Of a DNA stretch of 23,386 nt, positions 15,168-23,386 are shown piece by piece. The number at the start of each line of letters is the position of its first letter. The stretch's first letter is position 1. The notes beneath the pieces are model-generated. The model did no database searches. It was not told where the DNA came from and was given only the letters and a program-made list of their open reading frames with translations. The position numbers and the translations under genes are program-made. This DNA is from Akkermansiaceae bacterium (GTDB taxonomy: Bacteria; Verrucomicrobiota; Verrucomicrobiia; Verrucomicrobiales; Akkermansiaceae): assembly GCA_051251915.1 (NCBI GenBank), contig JBPOGF010000034.1:1-23386 (forward strand). Direction: 5' to 3'.

Positions 15168-16595
15168 TTACCCCGGTTCTGACTCGTAGGCGCGGGTTTC
15201 GAAGCGCATGAGTTCTTTGACGAAGGTGAGGGGGATGCTACCGGTGGGGCCGTTACGGTTTTTGGCCATGTTGATTTCTGCTTCGCCGTCTTTTTCGTCA
15301 CGTTCTTCTTGGTCGTCCGCGTAGTAGGCGGAGCGGAATAGGAGTCCGACCATGTCGGCGTCCTGCTCGATGGATCCGGATTCACGAAGATCTGACATAC
15401 GTGGGGTTCCGCCGCGGTTTTCTGGTCCACGGTTGAGCTGGGCTAGGACGATGATGGGGATGCCGAGTTCTTTGGCCAGGCCTTTGAGTCCGGCGGAGAT
15501 TTCTGCGATCTCACGTTCACGGGAGTTTTGGGCTTGTTTGGAGGTGGAGCGCATGAGCTGGAGGTAATCGATGGCGATGACTTGGATGTCTTCTTCTTTT
15601 TTCTTACGTCTGGCTTTGGCGCGGAGTTCGGAGATGGAGATGCCGGCGGTGTCGTCGATGAATAGCTTACAGTCGGCTATTTCTGCGGCTACGCGTTTGA
15701 TGCGTTTTAGGTCGTCGATTTTGGGTTTGATGCCGTCCCGTAGGTTGGTGATGGCGTATCTGGCACGAGCGAATAGGAGACGCTGGACGATCTGGGCGGA
15801 GGTCATCTCACATGAGAATACCATGGAGGGGAGCTTCTGGTCTAGGCAGATGTGCTCGATAAGGTTCATAACGAAGGAGGTTTTACCCATGGATGGACGG
15901 GCTGCGATGATGAACATTTCGCCGGGTTTGAGGCCGTTGGACATTTCATCGAGTCTTTTGTAGCCGGTTTTGATGCCCATGGGCTCGCCTCCGCCAGCCA
16001 TGAATTTCTCGAAGTCTTCGATGACTTTTTTAACGTCTTGTTTAACGGATGGAGATTCTTGAGTTTCTGCGCCTTCACGGATTGCGAAGATTTTCTGTTC
16101 TACTTCATCGAGCAGGGCTGGGACTTCTTCTTGGTCTTCGTAGGATCTGGTGATGGCCTCGGTGCAGGATGAGATGATGTTTCTCAGGGTGTACTTGTCC
16201 TTGATGATGCTGAGGTGGTGATCAAAGTGGGCCGCGGTGGGAGAGTAGGTGTAGATCTCTGTGACTGCGGAAGGACCACCGATTTTATCTAATAGATCGC
16301 GGTCTAGGAGGGTCTGGGTGAAGGATACGAGCTCGATGGCGACACCGTCATTTGATAGCTCGCGCATGACTTGGTAAATGGCTTTGTGGGATGGGTGATA
16401 GAAGTGATCTGGAGTTAAGCCTTTTTCTTCCGCAAGCATGACATACTCGGTGGGATCTTGGAGCATGGAGCTGAGTAGACTTTTCTCAGGTCCATTGGCG
16501 TGAGGGAGCGCTCGCTGAGCAAAATCTTCCTCTTTTTTTACTGAACGGCTTTTTTGTAACTCGGGGCCTGTTTTGAATTCTTGTTGCTTTTCCAT
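15168..16595 (-). CDS. dnaB: Replicative DNA helicase
   Basis: IIAARPSMGKT, FSCEM, IDYLQLM, LAQLNRG, SDLRESGSIEQDAD, KNRNGPTG. 475 aa, no intein-sized insert. Confidence 0.97.
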   Translation of the reverse strand: MEKQQEFKTGPELQKSRSVKKEEDFAQRALPHANGPEKSLLSSMLQDPTEYVMLAEEKGLTPDHFYHPSHKAIYQVMRELSNDGVAIELVSFTQTLLDRDLLDKIGGPSAVTEIYTYSPTAAHFDHHLSIIKDKYTLRNIISSCTEAITRSYEDQEEVPALLDEVEQKIFAIREGAETQESPSVKQDVKKVIEDFEKFMAGGGEPMGIKTGYKRLDEMSNGLKPGEMFIIAARPSMGKTSFVMNLIEHICLDQKLPSMVFSCEMTSAQIVQRLLFARARYAITNLRDGIKPKIDDLKRIKRVAAEIADCKLFIDDTAGISISELRAKARRKKKEEDIQVIAIDYLQLMRSTSKQAQNSREREIAEISAGLKGLAKELGIPIIVLAQLNRGPENRGGTPRMSDLRESGSIEQDADMVGLLFRSAYYADDQEERDEKDGEAEINMAKNRNGPTGSIPLTFVKELMRFETRAYESEPG

Positions 16596-16614
16596 GTCGT
16601 GTGCTTAGTCAGGG

Positions 16615-16673
16615 AAAATGCACTAATTTCTGCGATGCGTCAATATGAGTAACTTGTGAACAATTGTTGATAA
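16615..16673 (-). promoter_or_regulatory. Putative dnaB promoter with two upstream DnaA-box-like 9-mers
   Basis: Minus strand TTGACG (16643-16638), 17 nt, CATTTT (16620-16615). TTGTTCACA (16663-16655) and TTATCAACA (16673-16665) compared with consensus TTATCCACA. Confidence 0.45.
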
Positions 16674-16839
16674 CTAATGAGGGCGGGTGTGTGTGGTGTA
16701 TGTTGCTTATTTTAAGTGGTTTAATTTTTAGGGGCGGGCTAATTAAATGTGTGGAGGTAAGTTTTTTGTAAATTGGGCGATTTTTTCGGATTTTGAGCTT
16801 AGCTTGAGCGGGAATTTATGCTTAGGTGTTAGAGTTCAT

Positions 16840-19248
16840 ATGCGTAAGAAAACAATTACTTCAAAAATCACCAAGCCAAATGCCTATTTTAGCTCTGCTT
16901 TTTCAGCTAGAGTGAGTGGATGTTTCAAGGGATCAATTCTGGGCTTAGGTGTGCTCGCAACAGTCACACAGCTACATGCTCAGGAAGATGTGTCGTTGAT
17001 TCAGAAGGAAATAAATCGTCGCGCAGAGAGCGTGAATCAGGCTCAAGAATTACTGAAAGAGGGTGATGATGCTTATAATAAAGCGGATTTCAAGAAGGCA
17101 GTGGATTCTTATAAACAGGCATTTGATCTTATCCCTGAAGCGGGTATGACGCATGAACTTAGATTTGCGGCAGGTGATCGATACGCACAGGCTGCGGTGG
17201 AGTATGGGAAAGTTTTAGCAAGAACGGGACAATATGATGAGGCTAGGAAGCATTTGGATGATGTTTTGTTAGAGGATGTGGCTCCTGGGAATGTTGGGGC
17301 TATGAAGATGTTAGCAAAGCTGGATGACCCTATTCGCTACAGTCCGACACTCACTCCTGATCATGTTCGAGATATTGAGCAGGTGGCGCATTGGTTAAGA
17401 AAAGCTGAGTCATATTTCCTACAGGCTCAGTATGCTGAGGCTCTTGTAGCTTACGAAGAGGTGCTCAAGATAGATTCTACAAATAAGGCCGCCCGACGTG
17501 GGATGGAACGAGTGGCTCAAAATATTAGTAATTATGCAGTAGTTGCTAAAGACTTTAATCGAAGTGAAGCGTTGAGTCAGATTGACGAAATGTGGGAGCT
17601 TAAAGTGCCGCCTGCTGATGCGATGGCTATGGTTGGCTCGGTTGAACCACAGATTTTTGATGGCGATGCTCAGGATATTGCCGGCAGTAAGCTTAAGCAG
17701 ATCATTGTTCCCTCTGTGGAGTTAGATGATGTTTCCTTTGATGAAGCTATTCGCACGGTGCGTATCTGGGCGAGAGAGCTAGATACCACTGAGCTTGATC
17801 CGGCTAAGAAAGGTGTCAATTTCGTAAGTAGATTAGGTGATGACAGGGGGGGGTATAAGAAGAAGGTAGAAAGCTCTCGAGTTAACTTAAATCTTAAGAA
17901 TGTTCCGCTTTCGGTCGTGCTGGATTATATCACTCAGCAGACTGGGACGTATTGGCGTCAAGAGCAGTTCGCAGTAGTGATAAGGCCGCGTGGTTCCTAT
18001 ACTGCTGAATTAGAAACACGCACATTCAGAGTCCCTGTCGGGTTTATGGATGATGCAGAGGATCGACAATCAGATGACGTATTTGGAGATGCTCCATCGC
18101 TGCAGGCTAAGGTCGGAATCATGGATGCGCTTAAGAAAATAGGTATTGCGTTTCCTGAGGGTTCCACTGCATTTTATAATCGCTCGAATAATACATTGCG
18201 TGTCACAAACGCTCCACTTGAGCTAGATGCTATTGAGACTTTTGTACGTGCGCAATCTATGAGTGAGAGTGTGATGGTGGTACTGAAAACCACTATCATA
18301 GAGGTTTCGGAAACGAAGTTAGAGGAGTTGGGTTATGATTGGCTAATTGATCCTACACACGTTAAGAATAATGTATTCCTTACAGGTGGTACTCAAGGGA
18401 CTGGTGATCTAATTACAGCGGTGCCTTCAACTGTAGGAGGAGCTACTATTAGCGGTCAGTCTATCACAGCGGGGAATAGGAGTGGAGACACCATGTTTCA
18501 AAGTGACTCAATAGATGCAAGGATCGCGGGGATAAATACTCCTTCAGCAACTAGGGCTCCTAGTCCGCTTTCCCTCACTGGTGAAATCAATGATTCGACA
18601 TTCCAAACAATTTTAAGGGCTCTGAATCAGAAGACGGGAGAGACAAAATTGCACCAATCGACGACTATCAGTGTGGCTGGGCAAAGGGTTGAGTTGTATT
18701 CAGGTAATGAAATGACTTATGCTACCGAGTTTGAGCCGGCTGAAGTTCCGAATACTACCAGCGGGAGTACTGCTTCTACGCCTTCTCACCCAACTGCTTT
18801 TGATGTGAGGGAGTTAGGCTACCATTTAACGGTTGAACCAACAGTCAGTGATGATAAGAACTATATTGATCTTCAGGTTAATCCTTCAATTGTGACATTT
18901 GAGGGTTTCATCGACTATGGGAATCCTCTTTTCACGTCGTCAATTGACCCTATTACAGGACTGCTTACGCAGCAGATATCTCAAACTAATTCGATTCTGC
19001 AACCTATCTTCCGCACAGTGAGGCTCAATACTGGAGTCACTGTGCAAGATGGTGCCACTGTTGTGGTGGGAGGCTTGATCCAGCAGAAGATAGAGAATGT
19101 GGAAGATAAGGTTCCTGTGCTAGGTGATCTTCCTCTTGTTGGTAGGTTTTTTCAATCTCAGGGGTTAAGAAACGCTAAAACAGCTATTATTATGTTCGTG
19201 AAAGTGGAGCTTGTAGATCCTACAGGTCACGCATGGAGAGATAGATAG
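16840..19248 (+). CDS. Outer-membrane secretin with N-terminal TPR repeats (GspD/PilQ superfamily, Amuc_1098-like architecture)
   Basis: C-terminal secretin signature VTVQDGATVVVGGLI...EDKVPVLGDLPLVGRFFQS, EELGYDW, ELGYHLTVEPTV. N3-like NTLRVTNAPLELDAIE. TPR-like helices at the N-terminus and a signal-like ..TQLHA-QE. Start set at ATG 16840. Confidence 0.88.
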   Translation: MRKKTITSKITKPNAYFSSAFSARVSGCFKGSILGLGVLATVTQLHAQEDVSLIQKEINRRAESVNQAQELLKEGDDAYNKADFKKAVDSYKQAFDLIPEAGMTHELRFAAGDRYAQAAVEYGKVLARTGQYDEARKHLDDVLLEDVAPGNVGAMKMLAKLDDPIRYSPTLTPDHVRDIEQVAHWLRKAESYFLQAQYAEALVAYEEVLKIDSTNKAARRGMERVAQNISNYAVVAKDFNRSEALSQIDEMWELKVPPADAMAMVGSVEPQIFDGDAQDIAGSKLKQIIVPSVELDDVSFDEAIRTVRIWARELDTTELDPAKKGVNFVSRLGDDRGGYKKKVESSRVNLNLKNVPLSVVLDYITQQTGTYWRQEQFAVVIRPRGSYTAELETRTFRVPVGFMDDAEDRQSDDVFGDAPSLQAKVGIMDALKKIGIAFPEGSTAFYNRSNNTLRVTNAPLELDAIETFVRAQSMSESVMVVLKTTIIEVSETKLEELGYDWLIDPTHVKNNVFLTGGTQGTGDLITAVPSTVGGATISGQSITAGNRSGDTMFQSDSIDARIAGINTPSATRAPSPLSLTGEINDSTFQTILRALNQKTGETKLHQSTTISVAGQRVELYSGNEMTYATEFEPAEVPNTTSGSTASTPSHPTAFDVRELGYHLTVEPTVSDDKNYIDLQVNPSIVTFEGFIDYGNPLFTSSIDPITGLLTQQISQTNSILQPIFRTVRLNTGVTVQDGATVVVGGLIQQKIENVEDKVPVLGDLPLVGRFFQSQGLRNAKTAIIMFVKVELVDPTGHAWRDR

Positions 19249-19300
19249 TTACGCTTATTGCTCACTTGGAGCATTTTTACATCCCAAAATAGATAATATT

Positions 19301-20782
19301 GTGTCAGAAAACAATGAAAACATCCCACTCGATGAGATGATGCGCAGCCTCAAGAAGGGCGCAAATCAAAAACGATCAAGTAAAATAGAAGGTGGCGAAA
19401 GGGTGGTCAGAGCAGATGGTTCGGAAGCTATTAAAGTGAAGTCTAAAAAGCGTAGGACTGTTCAGCCGAAAAAAGAAATTGAGAAGAAAAGTAACAAGCG
19501 AAAGGTGATATTCATCGCTGCCGCAATCGGTCTTATCTTAATATCGGTGATCGGATTTAGTGTGTTGTTAGGTTATTTCAATGGGAATAGATTCAAATCT
19601 AAGGTGAACGATACTATCGCTAATGTCACGGGGGCGACTGTGGAATTAGGTAAACTAGATGTGAGTCCTGCATCAGCGAAGCTTACCAAAGTTGACTTAA
19701 GATGGTCTGGCGAGAATAGCTTAGTGAGAAGTCTTAAGGTAGAGGATATCAACGCCGATTATGGAGTGTTGGCTTTTGTCGGTGGAGGATGGGGTGGTAG
19801 TGCTGTAGGTGTAGCCCGGGCTGAGCTTAATCTGGAGATGGGTAAGAGTAATCCTAGATTGAATACAAAAGCAGAAAGACCGCTAGATTTTAAATTTGGT
19901 CTATATCAATGCTCTTTGCTTAATGTTAATTTTGGCGAAGATTCACTCTGGAGTTTTAAAAATGGCTCTATTTCTTATCGTGTTAGTCAGGAAAATGATG
20001 GTCAGTTTAGTATTGATAGTGGCGATCTTGTTATCCCTAGCTTTGGTGTATTTGAGGTTAGTAATGGCTTGGTAAATTGTGAGTTAGATGGTGCACAGAT
20101 ATATCTAGGTTTGGAGTCACAAGAGCATCATGGGATCATTAATGTTGATGGTACTACAGGCTATGCAGAAGGTAGCCCAATAGACTTAAAGGTTGTGCTG
20201 CAAAATTATTCCTTGCGAGAGTGGGTTGATCCTAGGGTGCGTCGATTCCTAAGAGGAAAAATTGTTTCAGGGGAAGGAACTCTTAAGATGAAGGTGGGTG
20301 ATGTGGATTCATTTAATATTTCTACGGATTTAACTACGGGAGTGATTGCTGTAAGTGACTTTGAATTTCTAAAGACAGTGGCAAGCCTTTTGGAGGATGA
20401 CTTTTATCCAAATCCTAGATTTGATAATCAATCAAAGATGACGATGAAAAGAACTAAGCGCAAAATAGAGTTTACTAAAATTGATCTTATTCAAGATGGT
20501 CAGATGCGCATTAAAGGGGAATTCACGGTTGATGAGAGTAATTTAATGACAGGGAGTTTTAGAGTTGGTTTGCCTGTGGTGTTACTGTCCACAAAAATAG
20601 GTAAAGAGCTCAAAAGTGTTTTTAATGACGATGATGGTGAATATATCTGGGCTGAGGTGAATCTGAGCGGTGATGTTTCCCTTCCTAAGGATGATCTAGA
20701 TGAGCAATTCAAGGAGGTTGCTATCAAGAGCGGGAGTCAAGTTCCTATGTTTGAGCAGAAATTTGAAGAACTCACTAGGTAG
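19301..20782 (+). CDS. Inner-membrane-anchored beta-rich protein, AsmA-like
   Basis: Charged/basic N-terminus of about 68 aa, one TM helix, then KVNDTIANVTGATVELGKLDV (AsmA N-terminal-like), amphipathic beta strands, and C-terminal EVNLSGDVSLPKDDL. GTG start. Confidence 0.6.
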   Translation: MSENNENIPLDEMMRSLKKGANQKRSSKIEGGERVVRADGSEAIKVKSKKRRTVQPKKEIEKKSNKRKVIFIAAAIGLILISVIGFSVLLGYFNGNRFKSKVNDTIANVTGATVELGKLDVSPASAKLTKVDLRWSGENSLVRSLKVEDINADYGVLAFVGGGWGGSAVGVARAELNLEMGKSNPRLNTKAERPLDFKFGLYQCSLLNVNFGEDSLWSFKNGSISYRVSQENDGQFSIDSGDLVIPSFGVFEVSNGLVNCELDGAQIYLGLESQEHHGIINVDGTTGYAEGSPIDLKVVLQNYSLREWVDPRVRRFLRGKIVSGEGTLKMKVGDVDSFNISTDLTTGVIAVSDFEFLKTVASLLEDDFYPNPRFDNQSKMTMKRTKRKIEFTKIDLIQDGQMRIKGEFTVDESNLMTGSFRVGLPVVLLSTKIGKELKSVFNDDDGEYIWAEVNLSGDVSLPKDDLDEQFKEVAIKSGSQVPMFEQKFEELTR

Positions 20783-20812
20783 AATAGCATTCTCATATTT
20801 ATCACAAATATA

Positions 20813-21742
20813 ATGACAACTTGGGAAAAACTTCATCAATCAATTAGCTCTGTCATCAAAGGGCAAGATGAGTTAGTGAAAAAAATTCTATGTTGTATGG
20901 GGGCAGGTGGTCATCTCTTGTTAGAAGACTATCCGGGGACGGGGAAGACTACTTTAGCTAAAGCTCTAGCAGCATCGATATCAGGTTCTGTTTTTCAGAG
21001 AATTCAATTTACTCCTGACTTGCTCCCATCAGATATATTGGGGGTTTCCATTCTTGATCCTCGCACCGCGCAGTTTGAATTTAAAAAAGGTCCAATTTTT
21101 TCTAACATTTTGTTAGCTGACGAGATAAATAGAGCGTCGCCCAGAACGCAAAGTGCCTTACTTGAGGTGATGGCTGAGAAGCAGGCTACTATTGAGGGGG
21201 TGAAGTATGATTTTGATGGGATGTTCTTTGTCATGGCTACACAGAATCCAGTCGAGTTTCGTGGGACATTTCCTCTTCCTGAAGCTCAGATGGATCGGTT
21301 TGCTATGAAGTGTTCGCTAGGTTATGTTAGTTTAGAAGAGGAGGTTTCTATCCTTACTGATCAGCAATCCACTGGGCATCCGATAGACTCTCTAGTTTCT
21401 TCCGTTACTATGGATGAGGTGCTCCAATGGAAGCGGGATGTTGCAGATGTGAGGATTTCTGAAGAGCTCAAGAATTACATAGTACATCTGGTGGCTGCCA
21501 CAAGAGAAATTCCTGAGATAAAGCTAGCCGCGAGTCCCCGAGCTTCGCTTGCGTTGATGAAGGTCTCGCAAGCATTAAGTTTGATCAGGGGTAAGGATTT
21601 CGTTACTCCTGATGTGATTAAAGACTGCGCTCAAGATGTCATTGCGCACCGACTTATATTGGATTCAGATGCAACATATTCTGGTAAAGACGGGAGGTCG
21701 TATGTTCAGCAGCTTCTAGATGCCACCCCAGTTCCTGCTTGA
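20813..21742 (+). CDS. MoxR-family AAA+ ATPase
   Basis: GHLLLEDYPGTGKT, RIQFTPDLLPSDILG, LLADEINRASPRTQSALLEVM, ATQNPVE, GTFPLPEAQMDRF, ASPRAS. Confidence 0.96.
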   Translation: MTTWEKLHQSISSVIKGQDELVKKILCCMGAGGHLLLEDYPGTGKTTLAKALAASISGSVFQRIQFTPDLLPSDILGVSILDPRTAQFEFKKGPIFSNILLADEINRASPRTQSALLEVMAEKQATIEGVKYDFDGMFFVMATQNPVEFRGTFPLPEAQMDRFAMKCSLGYVSLEEEVSILTDQQSTGHPIDSLVSSVTMDEVLQWKRDVADVRISEELKNYIVHLVAATREIPEIKLAASPRASLALMKVSQALSLIRGKDFVTPDVIKDCAQDVIAHRLILDSDATYSGKDGRSYVQQLLDATPVPA

Positions 21743-21750
21743 TGTAGAAA

Positions 21751-23100
21751 ATGATGATTAGGCTACAGTCTCTTTTCTATTATATTTACAGAGCTACAAG
21801 CTCGTCTACTTATTTTATCTTTAACAGGGTGACTCCGCTCGGGGTTCTCATATTCTTGCTGGTTCCAGCGACTTTAATTGTCTTCATTACTTACTATAAG
21901 CTGGCAACTCTCTATCTTTTTTCTCTTTTTTGTGGAGTTATATTTTTTTCAGTAGTGACTGTATTCTTTAAGTCAGCAAAGCTTAAGATAGAAAGAGAAC
22001 TACCTGCAGCCGCTTCAGCAGGGCAAGAAATCAGCTATACTATTCGTTGTTGCAATTTACGTTCTAAGAAATTACATGCAGCATTTATACATGATTTACC
22101 TGTAGATTCTAGGCCTACTAGAAGCGAGTTTGTTTATTCTAGAGAGCCTCAAGAGCTGCTTAGAAACGGTTTTGATCGGCTTTTGGCTTATTATCGTTGG
22201 CTGTGGCTGTGTAAAAGAAAAACGAAATTTGAATCAGATCCCGTTCTCTTACCATCTCTTGAAGGCTCCCAGGAATTATCATATAGCATGCGTTGTATTC
22301 CGAATCGACGAGGTAGATTAGAGTTTGGTAATGTCAGGCTCTATCTTCCCGACCCTTTGTATTTGCTGCAAAAATGTGTCCGAGTGGAATCTACTGTGGA
22401 TTATCTCTTAGTATTGCCTAAGCGATATAAATTGCCGGAGTTGTTGCTGGAGGGAGCAGCTAGGGATCATCTAGGTGGGCTTTCGCATTCCTATATGTCT
22501 GGAGTGTCTGATGATTTTAGGGGACTAAGATCTTATCGTCCAGGAGATTCGCTTAAGCATATTGATTGGTCCGCCTGGGCTAGGACGGGTAAGCCTGTTG
22601 TTAGAGAGTATGAAAATGTTTTCTTCCCGCGGTATGCTCTAGTTCTTGATACAAATGGCTCTTATGAGAATCAAGAATATTTTGAAGAGGCTGTTTCTAT
22701 AGCTGCGTCTTTTGCAAGGGTTGTAGATACTCAGGAGTGTCTTTTGGATCTGATTTTTTTGAATAAGGGGCCGCATACTCTCACCGTTGGAAAAGGGGTG
22801 GCTAGGTCTGAAGATTTGTTGGAGCATCTAGCTACTATTGAAGTAGAAGTAAAACCAGACTGGATGAGTCTTTCTAAGCAGGTGTTGAGGCATTCATCTT
22901 CATTTTCAATCTGTGTGGTTATCTTCACCAAGTTGTCAAAAGAGAGGTGTCAGTTGGTTAGTGATTGGAAACAAGCGGGTTTAAATCTATTGATTATAGT
23001 TCTGGTGAACGATGATGAGTCAAAGCAAGAGGTGCTTGAGCTGGGTGCGACCCCTATTCGTGTAAATGAAGTGCAGCGTGACTTGCTTAATATGCTCTAA
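21751..23100 (+). CDS. DUF58 domain membrane protein (MoxR partner, VWA-like C-terminus)
   Basis: Two N-terminal TM segments, RRG, DP, FRGLRSYRPGDSLKHIDWSAWARTGKPVVREYE, LVLD, FEEAVSIAAS. Confidence 0.9.
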   Translation: MMIRLQSLFYYIYRATSSSTYFIFNRVTPLGVLIFLLVPATLIVFITYYKLATLYLFSLFCGVIFFSVVTVFFKSAKLKIERELPAAASAGQEISYTIRCCNLRSKKLHAAFIHDLPVDSRPTRSEFVYSREPQELLRNGFDRLLAYYRWLWLCKRKTKFESDPVLLPSLEGSQELSYSMRCIPNRRGRLEFGNVRLYLPDPLYLLQKCVRVESTVDYLLVLPKRYKLPELLLEGAARDHLGGLSHSYMSGVSDDFRGLRSYRPGDSLKHIDWSAWARTGKPVVREYENVFFPRYALVLDTNGSYENQEYFEEAVSIAASFARVVDTQECLLDLIFLNKGPHTLTVGKGVARSEDLLEHLATIEVEVKPDWMSLSKQVLRHSSSFSICVVIFTKLSKERCQLVSDWKQAGLNLLIIVLVNDDESKQEVLELGATPIRVNEVQRDLLNML

Positions 23101-23276
23101 TTTGATTACGTGTTTTTCTGATTTTTTAGAGACGATTTGTAATTTGAGCCTGGTGTGACCTTTGTTTTTAAGGTTTTGATGTGATAATAGAGAAATAATA
23201 GAGAACTCTAAGTCGTTTAAGATGAGTGGTGGGGTGGTGGTGTTGGAAATAAAGTGAAGAAAAGGGCAGAGAGATG

Positions 23277-23311
23277 TTGACTTTATCGGATTTTTTTGTA
23301 GATTGCGCCCC
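23277..23311 (+). promoter_or_regulatory. Strong sigma70 promoter of stable-RNA type
   Basis: TTGACT (23277-23282), 16 nt, TAGATT (23299-23304), then GC-rich discriminator GCGCCCC; A-rich tract upstream. Confidence 0.65.
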
Positions 23312-23386
23312 GCCTCACCGGCCAACGGGAGGACGAGAGAGACAGGAAGCTGACTCAGCAGTTAATGCTAGTCGGTTTTTTAATCT

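Noticed and set aside
15089..15430. Alternative-frame ORF spanning the dnaB end and the next gene, as a possible frameshift product
   Set aside because: dnaB is complete in its own frame, the peptide is low-complexity, and I saw no convincing slippery site.
11849..16172. Antisense ORFs over hisS, DUF2293 and dnaB (e.g. 12446-12799, 15571-15963, 15852-16172)
   Set aside because: Shadow frames of well-supported genes, favoured by the codon and strand bias; no recognisable motifs.
15168..16595. Intein in DnaB
   Set aside because: Normal length and contiguous helicase motifs.
17911..17921. 11-bp match (TCGGTCGTGCT) to the tRNA 3' end as a possible att site
   Set aside because: Lies inside the intact secretin CDS, no integrase is present, and the interval contains dnaB and hisS.
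23020..23325. 101-aa minus-strand ORF at the right end
   Set aside because: Runs across the DUF58 3' end and a clear + strand promoter; no motif support.

Overview
Bacterial chromosomal window, probably from the Verrucomicrobia (inferred from the TPR-secretin architecture, the MoxR/DUF58 pair and the absence of Shine-Dalgarno motifs). Left: a XylR-type regulator divergent from a 7-gene hexuronate operon (D-2-hydroxyacid dehydrogenase, gluconokinase, Ldh_2-family oxidoreductase, uronate isomerase, UxuB-like SDR, NRAMP-like transporter, Gfo/Idh/MocA oxidoreductase). The operon has no mannonate/altronate dehydratase or KDG kinase/aldolase. Its enzyme set fits an inferred route glucuronate > fructuronate > mannonate > 2-ketogluconate > gluconate > 6-phosphogluconate. 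Middle: alpha/beta hydrolase, tRNA-Met(CAT), fused Fe-S L-serine dehydratase, and a minus-strand run dnaB - hypothetical - DUF2293-like - hypothetical - hisS. The two hypotheticals are AT-rich paralogs with a GspG-like C-terminal motif. Right: TPR-secretin, AsmA-like protein, MoxR ATPase, DUF58, then a stable-RNA-type promoter at the window edge. Several genes look leaderless. No integrase, transposase or CRISPR array was seen. All family calls come from motif recognition by eye; no database searches were run.
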